A stretch of 64,000 nt of DNA from Alphaproteobacteria bacterium (GCA_028279245.1 JANQOE010000004.1:31724-95723); one strand, 5' to 3'; positions 51,901-61,032 are shown, counted from the stretch's first letter. Program-made: numbers and translations. Notes: a model not told the origin generated them from the letters alone.

Positions 51901-52241
51901 ATTGTCTGTCGCTCGTCGGTGGCCGCACCGACTGGAACAAGTGGCTCGGTTCTGGACAGCAGCGTGTTGCGGCTATCTCGAACGTCGATGGAGAGAACGC
52001 TGTCGATTTTCGCAATGTCCCTCAGTTCCTCGCTCAGGGTGGCTAAATCACGTTCGAACACCGACGGAGCCAGAGCCGCGCCGAGTAGGGGCGATAACTC
52101 CGCAAGCCTTGTATCAGACGCAATGGTCAGCAGGTTGCGGGTGAGGCGGGCATTGTTCGCGAGATGAAGCGTGAAGGTGAGTGTCAGAATTAGAACCATC
52201 GCGCCGACAAGCTTTGCGCGCAGGGAATGGACTAGGTTCAT
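48942..52241 (-). CDS. Hybrid sensor kinase: 2 TM, HAMP, 4 tandem PAS, HisKA, HATPase, REC
   Basis: HAMP DEVGRVARTFNSM; four KD..GRY...KFPVFD repeats; GGVAHDFNNLL, PFFSTK, GSGLGL; C-terminal receiver. Confidence 0.92.
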   Translation of the reverse strand: MNLVHSLRAKLVGAMVLILTLTFTLHLANNARLTRNLLTIASDTRLAELSPLLGAALAPSVFERDLATLSEELRDIAKIDSVLSIDVRDSRNTLLSRTEPLVPVGAATDERQTINLTTPITLSGEQIGTASVVLSAALLESASQAVVAKGLLLAMATAAVSVLTLLLLSTLITRRLATLESTANAVAAGDFTVRAPSLGRDEVGRVARTFNSMLDRLHDANRALEKEHQQLETLIESLPHGAYLKDREGRYTLVNRAFAGFVGRSSPELVGRSTSVFFSDKETEEAQSIDREVVGTGKPVHRSFVSTPPDDEPHHLEITKFPVFGRDGKIIGVGGINVDVSERYHFKQKLADTEKRFRILIDNLPYSLAMKDPAGRYTLVNSAFCKTFRVTDPPEGVIGKTASDMFPAGAARRSRAADRHVMNKQRSLRYRSWFTLDDGSNRVLDVTKFPVFDHAGQMIGLASVAIDITEQEEAEKARLDSEHRFQVIADSLPHPLFMKDTVGRYLFVNAAGQALFEPDSGDYAGKTAADMLAPEVAARTGAIDQAVLENERPAREVILYERAGKTRFHDVIKFPIFDTGGALIGLAGIAVDVTEQRRADEARQQSEQRLRALIENLPFAISMNDLDGRYVIASPLLAKNLDRPIEDIYGKRIQDLLPDKIAREYRRIETEVRATRHPVTREVISKCPNGEDRILEVTKFPVFDTDRDLVGMAGFNLDITERRHTDNRIAHAQRMEMIGQLAGGVAHDFNNLLAVIRGNLEILGEQTRETPELTRRVQAGLRAVRRGATLTERLLAVGRRQSLRADAIRPNQILGEIIDVIRSALGSKTRVTLNSPLGLWPVWVDAGRLEDALLNIALNAGAAMPDGGRLDIRAQNLEIETVQPGSDLNPGRYVVLSLRDSGLGIPAEIRPRIMEPFFSTKRNGSGLGLSVVYGFMRQSGGGLTIESEEGKGTTVQLVLPCGPPGKQKRPPATAPHKREPRHNIAIVVDDQPDMLALTARRLQELGYETRQATDASTALSALSEHPYAAVLVTDVVFGNGMEGIELARTARNQIPTLPILLVSGQAIRRDIGAGDPSTAFLSKPFSKEQLADTLALLSV

Positions 52242-52351
52242 TGGGGCCTCGTCTAACGGGCTCCGATGGCTATCGGAGCAGGCGAGCTACACTCAGGCGT
52301 CGTGGGCCTATGATCTCTGGAGTATGGGAGAATGCTTGGTCGAAGCAAACC

Positions 52352-53170
52352 TCAAGGTTCGCGTTGCCCCGTCTGGCTCAATCGTTCGACAAGCATTGAT
52401 CCAAACGGTATGAACCCCTTTAGATCCGCTTCGGAGATCGGTTCAAACTGGAGTCCGAACCGCTGCCCTTCTTCAGACTCATGGAAGCGGAGGAACGCCG
52501 CTGTAAGCCGTGTCTGGAGGTCTTCCGCCGCGGCCCCCGGCGCCACGGATATGACGCCAAAGCTGTCCCCCAGTTTGGCGATGCCGCGTAGGCTGTCTCC
52601 GGAGTTAGACGGCAACTGATCCGAGAAGGCCTGTATTGAGACTGTGGTATCGGCCTGCTTTCCGGCGACGAGCAGCAAAGCCGTGCTGTGCGACGTCGTG
52701 TGGTGGAAGCTCAAGTCACGGTCGGCGAAACGCTTCGCCGCCAACAGTGAGACAAAACAAAGCGGATCCGGCAATGCCATGACGCCGCCGCCGAGGTCTT
52801 CCAAGGTCTTCAAGTCGCCGTCTTTGTGGGCAAACAGCTCAATGGCGAATTTGGATGACTGAAGGATGGGGCTGTAGCCAATGTGATCCGCGGCAAGGGC
52901 CGCGACATGTGGCGGGGTCACGGCGATGTCGTAGGTCCGGTTGCCCAGCCGGCTCTTGAATGAACTGAAATCCGGCGCGGTCTCCAGGATGACTTCGGTA
53001 TCCAGGGTCCGGCGAATATAGGCCTGCAGCTCGCCATAGCGCTCTTGCAGGGCGCCCGGACTGGTGAACGGCATGACACCGAGGCGCAGTGCGCCATCGG
53101 CCGCATGGACCGGTCCGGACGCCGCGACGAGGCATCCGAGAAGGACACTGACCCTAAGCGATAGATTCAT
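52352..53170 (-). CDS. PhnD/phosphonate-binding-like periplasmic substrate-binding protein
   Basis: Signal peptide VHA, LRLGVMP..SP, ETAPDF, YDIA..PPH, DL.G..MALPDP; no permease or ATPase nearby. Confidence 0.75.
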   Translation of the reverse strand: MNLSLRVSVLLGCLVAASGPVHAADGALRLGVMPFTSPGALQERYGELQAYIRRTLDTEVILETAPDFSSFKSRLGNRTYDIAVTPPHVAALAADHIGYSPILQSSKFAIELFAHKDGDLKTLEDLGGGVMALPDPLCFVSLLAAKRFADRDLSFHHTTSHSTALLLVAGKQADTTVSIQAFSDQLPSNSGDSLRGIAKLGDSFGVISVAPGAAAEDLQTRLTAAFLRFHESEEGQRFGLQFEPISEADLKGFIPFGSMLVERLSQTGQREP

Positions 53171-53303
53171 TGATCGACCCGATTCTACTAATACGTTCAT
53201 TCTGTGCCGGTTGAAACCACATTCTGAGTGCACCGTGCCAACATTGCTGGGACGGTAGGCAGGTGCTAGCTTCCGCGCTTTCTCGCAGGGCAGAAGACCG
53301 GGA

Positions 53304-53591
53304 ATGGCGCTGGATAAACAAACCGTGGCGCGCGTTGCGCGCCTTGCCAGAATTCATACTAACGACGATCAACTAGATGCACTTGCTAGGCAGCTTAGTA
53401 ACATATTGGGTTGGATTGAGCAGTTGCGTGAAGTCGATACCGATCAGACCGCCCCAATGACCAGTGTTGCCGAGATGACCTTGGCGATGCGGGAAGACCG
53501 GGTGACCGATGGCGCCTACCCCGAGAAGGTCTTGGCCAACGCGCCGGTGCGCACCGATGACTTCTACACCGTGCCTAAGGTTGTCGAGTAG
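53304..53591 (+). CDS. gatC: Asp/Glu-tRNA amidotransferase subunit C
   Basis: VARLARI, IEQL.EVDT, REDRV, NAP, VPKVVE. Confidence 0.96.
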   Translation: MALDKQTVARVARLARIHTNDDQLDALARQLSNILGWIEQLREVDTDQTAPMTSVAEMTLAMREDRVTDGAYPEKVLANAPVRTDDFYTVPKVVE

Positions 53592-55051
53592 TGGCGGAAC
53601 TCACTGACCTGACGATTGCCGGGGCGCGCGACGAACTCGCGAAGGGGGCAATATCGGCAGCTGACCTTACGGCGGCGCATATCGCCGCGGTTGACGCCGC
53701 GAGTGACCTGAACGCCTTCATCCTGACGACGCCAGATTCGGCGGCTGCCGCGGCGGCCGCGTCTGATGCGCGCCGGGCGCGCGGCGAGGTTGGGCCGCTT
53801 GATGGAATTCCTGTGGCCATCAAGGACTTGTTCTGCACGGAAGGTATTCAGACTACCGCAGCGTCGCACATTCTTGAGGGCTTCAAGCCCACCTATGAAT
53901 CCAGTGTGACGGCCAGGTTGTGGGACGCTGGGGCCGTCATGCTCGGCAAGGCCAACCTGGATGAGTTCGCCATGGGTTCGTCCAACATGACCAGCCATTT
54001 CGGACCCGTGAAGAACCCATGGGGCCGCTCCAGCGGGCGGGATCTGGTGCCCGGCGGGTCCTCCGGCGGGTCGGCGGCTGCGGTGGCGGCGCGGGCCGCG
54101 ATGGGGGCGACGGGCACGGATACGGGCGGGTCGATCCGGCAGCCGGCCGCGTTCTGCGGGATCGTCGGCACCAAGCCGACCTACGGACGTTGCTCTCGCT
54201 GGGGTGTGGTTGCCTTCGCCAGCTCCCTTGACCATCCGGGTCCGCTGACCCGGACGGTGCGCGACGCGGCGATCATGCTCGGCGTGATGGCCGGGCATGA
54301 TCCCAAGGATTCGACTTCGGCCAACGTGCCGGTGCCGGATTTTGAGGCGGCGCTGACCGGCGATGTGCGTGGCCTGAAGATCGGCATTCCGGCGGAGTAC
54401 CGAATGGATGGGATGTCCCCCGAAATCGAGGGGCTGTGGTCGCAGGGCGCCGATTGGCTGCGCCAAGCCGGGGCGGAGATCGTCGAGGTGTCACTGCCGC
54501 TGACCAAGTATGCGCTGCCTTGCTACTACATTGTCGCGCCGGCGGAGGCCTCGTCCAATCTCGCCCGCTATGATGGTGTTCGCTACGGGCTGCGCGTTCC
54601 CGGGGAAGACCTGACTGACACGTATGAGCGCACGCGGGCCGAAGGGTTCGGCGAAGAGGTGCAGCGGCGGGTGCTGATCGGCACCTATGTGCTGTCCGCC
54701 GGGTACTACGATGCCTACTACCTCAAGGCACAGAAAGTCCGGACGCGGATCCTGGAGGACTTCCGGGCCGCGTTTGAGCGCTGCGATGCCCTGTTGACAC
54801 CGACCTCACCTTACCCAGCCTTTGGTATCGGCGAGAAAATGGACGACCCCATCGCCATGTATCTAAATGACGTGTTCACCGTGCCCGCGTCGATGGCCGG
54901 GCTGCCGGCGATCTCTGTCCCGGCAGGATTGAGCGGCGATGGTCTGCCGCTGGGGCTGCAGGTCATTAGCCGGGCCTTCGATGAAGAGACCATGTTTCGC
55001 ATAGCCGATGTGGTGGAGGGCGCCGCCGGTTTCGATACCCGGCCCCGATGA
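53591..55051 (+). CDS. gatA: Asp/Glu-tRNA amidotransferase subunit A
   Basis: Amidase signature [28 protein letters not shown]. Confidence 0.97.
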   Translation: MAELTDLTIAGARDELAKGAISAADLTAAHIAAVDAASDLNAFILTTPDSAAAAAAASDARRARGEVGPLDGIPVAIKDLFCTEGIQTTAASHILEGFKPTYESSVTARLWDAGAVMLGKANLDEFAMGSSNMTSHFGPVKNPWGRSSGRDLVPGGSSGGSAAAVAARAAMGATGTDTGGSIRQPAAFCGIVGTKPTYGRCSRWGVVAFASSLDHPGPLTRTVRDAAIMLGVMAGHDPKDSTSANVPVPDFEAALTGDVRGLKIGIPAEYRMDGMSPEIEGLWSQGADWLRQAGAEIVEVSLPLTKYALPCYYIVAPAEASSNLARYDGVRYGLRVPGEDLTDTYERTRAEGFGEEVQRRVLIGTYVLSAGYYDAYYLKAQKVRTRILEDFRAAFERCDALLTPTSPYPAFGIGEKMDDPIAMYLNDVFTVPASMAGLPAISVPAGLSGDGLPLGLQVISRAFDEETMFRIADVVEGAAGFDTRPR

Positions 55052-55419
55052 ACACGGCCCGGAAGTTGGCGCCGGAGGTGTTTCGGCAGCGGCTGTTGAT
55101 CGAAGGCTATTACGGTCGGGAGATCGGCGAAGCGGAGGTTCGCGCGTATCTGCTTGAGGTTGCGCGGGCGCTGGACTTGCGAACCTACGGAGACCCGGTC
55201 GTGTTTGCGCCGACGAGCGGTGCCGGCCGCGCGGAAAACGCCGGTTATGACGGGTTCGTGCCGCTCATCGATTCCGGGATTTCGATCTATGTGTGGACCG
55301 GGCCGCGTTTTGCTTCGACGGTGATCTACACCTGCAAAGGCTTTTCGGAAGAGACGGCTGTCGCGTTTACCAAAGACTTCTTCGGTCTTCGCGAAGACTT
55401 GGTCCAGTTAACCTTCTGA
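55048..55419 (+). CDS. Divergent S-adenosylmethionine decarboxylase-fold (pyruvoyl-dependent) protein
   Basis: [18 protein letters not shown]...IYTCK aligns with class 1B AdoMetDC GVSG...E-SHxxIHTW...FTC. ATGA overlap with gatA. Confidence 0.65.
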   Translation: MNTARKLAPEVFRQRLLIEGYYGREIGEAEVRAYLLEVARALDLRTYGDPVVFAPTSGAGRAENAGYDGFVPLIDSGISIYVWTGPRFASTVIYTCKGFSEETAVAFTKDFFGLREDLVQLTF

Positions 55420-55447
55420 CGGAACGCTCGACCGTCAGATTGCGGGC

Positions 55448-55477
55448 AAAAAAAATAGGGCCACCATTTGGCGGCCC
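55448..55477 (-). terminator. Intrinsic terminator, minus strand
   Basis: 8-bp stem with a G-U pair that forms only on the minus strand, followed by a T8 tail. Confidence 0.85.
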
Positions 55478-55525
55478 AAGTATCTAGGGAGGAACAAGTC
55501 TTTTGTATCATAAAACCGCTTTGGT
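55448..55525 (-). ncRNA. suhB/MmgR-like small RNA (5' end uncertain)
   Basis: Minus strand GTTCCTCCCTAGATACTT followed directly by the terminator GGGCCGCC-AAAT-GGTGGCCC-TA-T8. Confidence 0.65.
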
Positions 55526-55536
55526 TGTGTTGCGTT

Positions 55537-55552
55537 TTTTGCAATGCAGCAT
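55537..55552. promoter_or_regulatory. PhaR/AniA-like box 1 (TTTTGCAATGCAGCAT)
   Basis: TGC-N3-GCA core; shares the pattern TTnTGCnnnGCAnCAT with box 2. Confidence 0.45.
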
Positions 55553-55623
55553 CGAGTTAACCGCATCTAAACGCATGACGACTTTGTGACGGCCTGCCTA
55601 ATTCTAAGCGCTGTGGTGCCTAC

Positions 55624-55639
55624 TTGTGCGGCGCAACAT
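55624..55639. promoter_or_regulatory. PhaR/AniA-like box 2 (TTGTGCGGCGCAACAT)
   Basis: TGC-N3-GCA core within a near-palindrome. Confidence 0.45.
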
Positions 55640-55738
55640 CGGCGGGCTGCACAGGGGGCTTTAGGCGCAGACCGGGATCATGGTTAACAGGCGCTGACAA
55701 GAACCGTGCCAAAGTGAAGTTTGGTCTGAACACCGCTT

Positions 55739-55767
55739 TTGATGCGGTCCCTGGAGTGGCCTATAAG
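55739..55767 (+). promoter_or_regulatory. Candidate gatB promoter (TTGATG-17-TATAAG)
   Basis: Correctly spaced hexamers 23 nt before gatB, followed by the strong SD TAAGGAGG. Confidence 0.5.
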
Positions 55768-55790
55768 CGGCGCAGGTAAGGAGGCGTTGC

Positions 55791-57245
55791 ATGACGGCAT
55801 TGGTTGAAGGCCGGACCGGAGAATGGGAGGTCGTGATCGGCCTTGAGGTCCATGCTCAGGTCGTATCCCAGGCGAAGCTGTTCTCCGGGGCGCCCACGGC
55901 GTTTGGCGCGGAACCCAACAGCCAGGTCAGTCTGATCGATGCGGCGATGCCGGGCATGTTGCCGGTCATCAATGAGGAATGTGTCCGCCAGGCCGTCAGA
56001 ACCGGGCTTGGCCTGAATGCGAAGATCAACCGCCACTCGGTGTTCGACCGGAAGAACTATTTCTATCCGGATCTGCCTCAGGGCTATCAGATCAGCCAGT
56101 ACAAGCAGCCGATCGTCGGCGAAGGCACCGTTACTGTCGATCTACCCGATGGGGAGGCCCGCGACGTGGGGATCGAACGGCTGCATCTGGAACAGGATGC
56201 AGGCAAATCGGTGCATGATCGGGATCCGCGGAACTCCCTTATCGACCTGAATCGGGCCGGCGTGGCGCTGATGGAGATCGTCTCCAAGCCGGATCTCCGC
56301 TCGGCGGATGAGGCGGGCGCCTATTTGACCAAGCTGCGGGCCATCCTGCGCTATCTCGGCACCTGCGACGGCAACATGGAACAGGGCTCGATGCGGGCCG
56401 ACGTCAATGTGTCGGTGCGGCGGCCCGGCGAACCCCTCGGCACGCGCTGCGAGATGAAGAATGTCAACTCGATCCGCTTCGTCAAACAGGCGATCGAATA
56501 TGAAGCGCGGCGGCAGATCGAGATTATCGAAGACGGCGGGTCGATCGCTCAGGAAACCCGCCTGTTCGATCCGGACCGTGGCGAGACCCGGCCCATGCGC
56601 GCCAAAGAAGAGGCGCATGATTACCGCTATTTCCCGGACCCGGATCTGTTGCCGCTCGAACTCAGCGAAGCGTTTGTTGACGAGCTGAGGGCAGCGTTGC
56701 CGGAACTGCCTGATGTGAAAAAGGCGCGGTTCATGGTGGACTATGGTTTGTCGGCTTACGACGCTAACGTCCTGGTGGCCGAACGGGAGACGGCGGCCTT
56801 TTTCGAGGCGGTTGTCGCCGGTGGGCGGGACCCGAAGACGGCCGCCAACTGGGTGATCTCCAACCTGTTCGGCAGCCTGAACCGCGAAGACAAGACCATC
56901 GCCGAATCGCCTGTCTCGGCGGAACAATTGGGCGGTCTGCTCGATCTGCTGGCCGACAAGACGATTTCCGGCCGGATCGCCAAGGACGTTTTCGACGAGA
57001 TGTTCAAGACTGGCAAGGACTCGGCTGAGATCGTTGAAGAAAAGGGCCTCAAGCAGATCACGGACACCGGTGCCATCGAAACGGTGATCGAGCAGATCAT
57101 TGCCGACAACCCGAAACAGGCCGACCAGTATCGGAGCGGCAACACCAAAGTGGCCGGTTGGTTCACCGGCCAGGCCATGCGCGCGACCCAAGGCAAGGCG
57201 AATCCGCAGTTAGTGAATGAGATCTTGAAGGACAAATTGGGCTGA
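55791..57245 (+). CDS. gatB: Asp/Glu-tRNA amidotransferase subunit B
   Basis: [36 protein letters not shown], YqeY-like tail. Confidence 0.98.
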   Translation: MTALVEGRTGEWEVVIGLEVHAQVVSQAKLFSGAPTAFGAEPNSQVSLIDAAMPGMLPVINEECVRQAVRTGLGLNAKINRHSVFDRKNYFYPDLPQGYQISQYKQPIVGEGTVTVDLPDGEARDVGIERLHLEQDAGKSVHDRDPRNSLIDLNRAGVALMEIVSKPDLRSADEAGAYLTKLRAILRYLGTCDGNMEQGSMRADVNVSVRRPGEPLGTRCEMKNVNSIRFVKQAIEYEARRQIEIIEDGGSIAQETRLFDPDRGETRPMRAKEEAHDYRYFPDPDLLPLELSEAFVDELRAALPELPDVKKARFMVDYGLSAYDANVLVAERETAAFFEAVVAGGRDPKTAANWVISNLFGSLNREDKTIAESPVSAEQLGGLLDLLADKTISGRIAKDVFDEMFKTGKDSAEIVEEKGLKQITDTGAIETVIEQIIADNPKQADQYRSGNTKVAGWFTGQAMRATQGKANPQLVNEILKDKLG

Positions 57246-57263
57246 ATCCGCTCAGGGGGCAGG

Positions 57264-57731
57264 GTGTTCCTTGATGTCCTAAGGTTCGTTCACATCGTCG
57301 GTGCGACGGTGTTGCTAGGTTCGGGCGCGGCCATCGCCTTCCTCATGTTCCAGCACGCGCTGGATGCATCTATCGAGGCCCGATTGGCGGTCGCCAGGTC
57401 GACGGTGGCGGCGGACCTCTACTTCACGACGCCGGCCGTCATTCTGCAGCCGCTGAGCGGCGCTATTCTGGTTGTCGTTACTGGCTACGATCCGACACAG
57501 CTCTGGCTAGTCGCAACCTATGTCCTCTTCGTCGTCGCCGGTTTGTGCTGGTTGCCGGTCGTTTGGATACAGGTGCGCATGCGGCGGCTGCTTGCGTCCG
57601 CCGTCGCAACCGGTCAGCCGCTTCCGGTGCAGTACGAGCGCCTGTTTCGCATCTGGTTCATCCTTGGCTGGCCGGCTTTCGCTTCGGTTGTGGCGATTAT
57701 CTATTTGATGGTGACGAAACCGGTCTGGTGA
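57264..57731 (+). CDS. DUF2269-like integral membrane protein
   Basis: HIVGATVLLG.G, D..FTTPAVILQP..G, CWLPVVWIQ, W..LGWPAF, LMV.KP. Confidence 0.8.
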   Translation: MFLDVLRFVHIVGATVLLGSGAAIAFLMFQHALDASIEARLAVARSTVAADLYFTTPAVILQPLSGAILVVVTGYDPTQLWLVATYVLFVVAGLCWLPVVWIQVRMRRLLASAVATGQPLPVQYERLFRIWFILGWPAFASVVAIIYLMVTKPVW

Positions 57732-58837
57732 CGCGTGTTCTGGTCATAGGCGGATACGGCCACTTTGGCTCACGCATTGTGCGTCGGCTGCTGCCGGAAA
57801 CCGATCTTCAGCTTATCATCGCCGGGCGCTCTATTGAGCGGGCCCAGGCTTTTGTCGAAGGGCTTGGGGCGGCCGGCCGAGCGATTGAGGTCCGCGAAAT
57901 CGACGTGCGTGACGGTCTCGCGGGGCACCTCGCGCGAACCCGCGCCGACATCGTGGTGCACACCTCGGGGCCGTTTCAAGGTCAAACCTATGGCGTAGCC
58001 GAAAGCTGTATCCAGGCTGGCTGCCACTACGTCGATTTGGCGGATGGCCGGGATTTCGTCGCTTCCATTCGTGAATTGGACGGGGCGGCAAAAGCGCGAG
58101 CGGTTACGGTGGTCAGCGGTGCAAGTTCGGTCCCGGCCTTTACTGCGGCGCTCCTCGACGCCTATGGCCGCGAGTTTTCCGTGGTGGAGCGGGCTGAATA
58201 CGGGATTGCTACGGCGCAGCGAACCAATCCTGGGTCGGCAACGATGGGTGCGGTGCTGAGTTATGCCGGACGGTCCTTCGAAACGCGCGTTGATGGAGAT
58301 TGGCGGAAGATCTACGGCTGGCAGGGTCTGCATGTTCGGAAACTGCGGGATGTGGGCCGGCGCTTCTTTGCCAACTGCGATGTGCCGGATCTAGCGCTGT
58401 TTCCCGAACGCTATCCTGACCTGCGAACCATCCGCTTCTATGCCGGTCTCGAGGTGCCATTGGCGCAGTTCGGCATCTGGCTGTTGTCGTGGGCCGTGCG
58501 ATTCCGCTTGGTTCGCTCACTGAGGCCGATGACACCGGTTCTACAACGTGGGGCGCGTGTCCTTGACCTGTTCGGGTCGGACACGAGCGGCTTTTTCATG
58601 GAAATGACAGGTCGGGACGAGAATGCCGATCCGAAGCAATTGATGTTCCACCTGGCCGCGCGGTCCGGTGACGGCACGTTCATCCCGTGTGTGCCGGCGA
58701 TCATTTTGGTCCGGCGGCTGGCACGCGGAGAGATCGAAACGCGCGGCGCGTTTCCCTGTATCGGCATGATCGACCTCGATGCCTACCTGCAGGAACTTGC
58801 TGGGTTGGACATCCACTGGAGCGTTGAGCGTCGGTAG
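57728..58837 (+). CDS. Saccharopine dehydrogenase-like NAD(P)-binding oxidoreductase
   Basis: GGYGHFG, IAGR, GPFQ, HYVDLAD, GASSVP. GTGA overlap with the previous gene. Confidence 0.85.
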   Translation: MTRVLVIGGYGHFGSRIVRRLLPETDLQLIIAGRSIERAQAFVEGLGAAGRAIEVREIDVRDGLAGHLARTRADIVVHTSGPFQGQTYGVAESCIQAGCHYVDLADGRDFVASIRELDGAAKARAVTVVSGASSVPAFTAALLDAYGREFSVVERAEYGIATAQRTNPGSATMGAVLSYAGRSFETRVDGDWRKIYGWQGLHVRKLRDVGRRFFANCDVPDLALFPERYPDLRTIRFYAGLEVPLAQFGIWLLSWAVRFRLVRSLRPMTPVLQRGARVLDLFGSDTSGFFMEMTGRDENADPKQLMFHLAARSGDGTFIPCVPAIILVRRLARGEIETRGAFPCIGMIDLDAYLQELAGLDIHWSVERR

Positions 58838-58909
58838 CGTAAGACGCTTCTGCTGGAACGAGGACACTATTCGTTCTGGCGAAACGGACCATTTGCTTGG
58901 CAGGGCTAT

Positions 58910-60097
58910 ATGGACGCGGGTGCGGAGTTGCGGCGGTGGTTGATTGAGGAGAGCCGCTTTTTCGATGACCCCATGACCTACAACCAGGCGCTGGTCGACA
59001 AGATGCGGGCGGTTGGGTTGCCGATCGACCGGTACACCACCGGCGTGCCGAGCCTGCATCCCCAGGTCGACTCCTTTTCGGCGGTCTGGGAGACTGGCAA
59101 AACGCTGCACTTCCGACAGTTCCGCCGGACGCCGGAACAGATGGAGTCCTATCGCGGCAGCCCGATCTATGTCGTCTACACCGAAGGCCGGATCGTGCGT
59201 TATCGGCTGGAGGACGATCCGCAGCCGACGGAACCGCCGGTCATCGGTGAGCTGCGGGCAGAGGGCTATACCGACTACCTCGCCATGCCGATGCGGTTCT
59301 CGGACGGCTCGAACAAGGCGGTGACCCTGGCGACCCAGCGCCCTGGCGGCTTCACCGAGGCCGAGGTCGAGGCGCTGACCAGCAACCGCCATCTCCTTGC
59401 GGCGACGGCTGAGATCCGCAATCTGCGGTTCACCGCGAAGACCCTGATGGACACCTATGTCGGCCCGCAGGCGGGGCAGCGTGTATTGGACGGGCAGATC
59501 AAGCGCGGTATGGGCGAGAGGATCCGGGCGGCTATCTGGTTCTGTGATCTGAAGGGCTTCACGGCCCTGTCGGAGAAGCTGTCTGGGGACGAACTGATCG
59601 AGCTGCTCAATGACTATTTCGATGTGATGACTGCGGCGATCGAGGCGGAAGGCGGAGAAATCCTGAAGTTCATCGGCGATGCCATTCTGGCCATCTTCAT
59701 CCCGGGGGAGGCGGATGGCGACCGGGGGGCGACGCGACGGGCGCTAGCGGCGGCACAGGCGGCGGAATTGGCGATGGCCGAGCGGAACCAGAACCGGGCG
59801 GCCGATGGCAAGACACCCATCGGCTACGGCATCGCCTTGCACTTCGGCGTCGTGCTGTACGGCAATGTCGGCGGGCAGAAGCGGCTCGACTTCACGGTGA
59901 TCGGGCCGGCGGTCAATCTGGCCAGCCGGATTGAAGGACTGACTCGGGAGCTGGACCGGACGCTGCTGGTTTCCGACGGGTTCGCCAAACTGCATGGCGG
60001 GGCGTTCGAGGCGCTGGGCGACTTCACCTTCAAGGGTATCGAGGGTCCGCGCGCCGTCTTGGCGCCGGCCCTTGCCGCCTCGGAGCCGACGGTCTAA
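58910..60097 (+). CDS. Class III adenylate cyclase with GAF-like N-terminal domain
   Basis: FCDLKGFT, KFIGDA (ATP-specifying Lys), GNVG...RLDFTVIGPAVNLASRIE. Confidence 0.9.
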   Translation: MDAGAELRRWLIEESRFFDDPMTYNQALVDKMRAVGLPIDRYTTGVPSLHPQVDSFSAVWETGKTLHFRQFRRTPEQMESYRGSPIYVVYTEGRIVRYRLEDDPQPTEPPVIGELRAEGYTDYLAMPMRFSDGSNKAVTLATQRPGGFTEAEVEALTSNRHLLAATAEIRNLRFTAKTLMDTYVGPQAGQRVLDGQIKRGMGERIRAAIWFCDLKGFTALSEKLSGDELIELLNDYFDVMTAAIEAEGGEILKFIGDAILAIFIPGEADGDRGATRRALAAAQAAELAMAERNQNRAADGKTPIGYGIALHFGVVLYGNVGGQKRLDFTVIGPAVNLASRIEGLTRELDRTLLVSDGFAKLHGGAFEALGDFTFKGIEGPRAVLAPALAASEPTV

Positions 60098-60132
60098 GGG
60101 AAGCGCATTCCCGCCCTCCCAGGTTGCCCGAC

Positions 60133-60876
60133 ATGTTTTCGCCCGAGGTCTTAGCGCTGATCGCCGCGACGTTCCTGATTGCCGGAACGGTCAAAGGCCT
60201 GGTCGGCTTGGGGCTGCCGACGATAACGCTCGCGCTGCTGGCGGCGGTGATCGGCTTGAAGGAGGCGATCGCCCTCACGTTGGTGCCGGCCTTCATCATG
60301 AATATCTGGCAGGCGTGGGTCGGCGGCGAACTGGTGCAGATCCTGCGGCGGTTCTGGACCTGGCTGATTACCATTTGTGTCGGCATCTGGTTCGGGACGT
60401 CGGTGCTGGCGGCGGCGGATCCGTCGGTGCTGACCGCGTTGCTGGGAATCCTGCTGGTGATCTATTCGGCCTACAGTCTGGCGACGCCGCAGATCAAGCC
60501 GCCTGGTACGCGCGAACCGTGGCTCACGCCGATCTTCGGCGGCGTGGCGGGCGTGATGGCAGGCATGACCGGGGCGCTGATGGTGCCGGGTGTCCTCTAT
60601 ATCCAGGCTCTCGGCATGAAGCGGGACATGCTGGTGCAGACCCTTGGGGTGACCTTCTTCGTCAGCACCATCGCGTTGCTCGGTTCGTTCAGCCGGTTCG
60701 GTCTGTTGACCCGCGAGCTCGTGGTGATCTCGGCGCTGGCCTTGGTGCCGACGGCCCTCGGCATGGTGTTGGGGCAGCGGCTGCGGAAGCGGCTGTCGGA
60801 GGAGCGTTTTCGGCCGGTGTTTTTCGCGGCGCTGCTGGGCCTGGGGCTGATTATCGTGGGCCGCTCCATTTTCTGA
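60133..60876 (+). CDS. TauE/SafE (DUF81) family membrane protein
   Basis: AGTVKGLVGLG, multiple TM helices, GG..G..AG.TG, G..LR..LS...FR. Confidence 0.85.
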   Translation: MFSPEVLALIAATFLIAGTVKGLVGLGLPTITLALLAAVIGLKEAIALTLVPAFIMNIWQAWVGGELVQILRRFWTWLITICVGIWFGTSVLAAADPSVLTALLGILLVIYSAYSLATPQIKPPGTREPWLTPIFGGVAGVMAGMTGALMVPGVLYIQALGMKRDMLVQTLGVTFFVSTIALLGSFSRFGLLTRELVVISALALVPTALGMVLGQRLRKRLSEERFRPVFFAALLGLGLIIVGRSIF

Positions 60877-60913
60877 AACACCGCCCCTCTTTCTAAGACA
60901 TCACCCTTGGCGA

Positions 60914-60927
60914 TTGATTTGGCTCAT
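60914..60927 (+). promoter_or_regulatory. Imperfect FNR/FixK-like box (TTGAT-N4-CTCAT) upstream of ppsA
   Basis: Left half perfect, right half 3/5. A -10-like TAACTC at 60951 fits class II spacing. Confidence 0.3.
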
Positions 60928-61032
60928 TGGTGCGCGGTGACAGAGCGCGCTAACTCCCAAGCATCGGAACATTTTTGGTGCAAGACGGGCGCCGCGGCCA
61001 TCTTGGCGCGCCCCCAGGGAAAGGGAGGTCAC

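Noticed and set aside
46183..53303. Mobile element or prophage explanation for the two insertions around ruvX
   Set aside because: No integrase, transposase, tRNA target, terminal inverted repeats or target-site duplications were seen.
55326..55544. 72-aa minus-strand ORF, and a nearby 22-codon ORF MRLDAVNSMLHCKKRNTTKAVL
   Set aside because: The 72-aa ORF runs through the terminator and overlaps the AdoMetDC-like gene; neither has an SD. The sRNA interpretation explains the sequence better.
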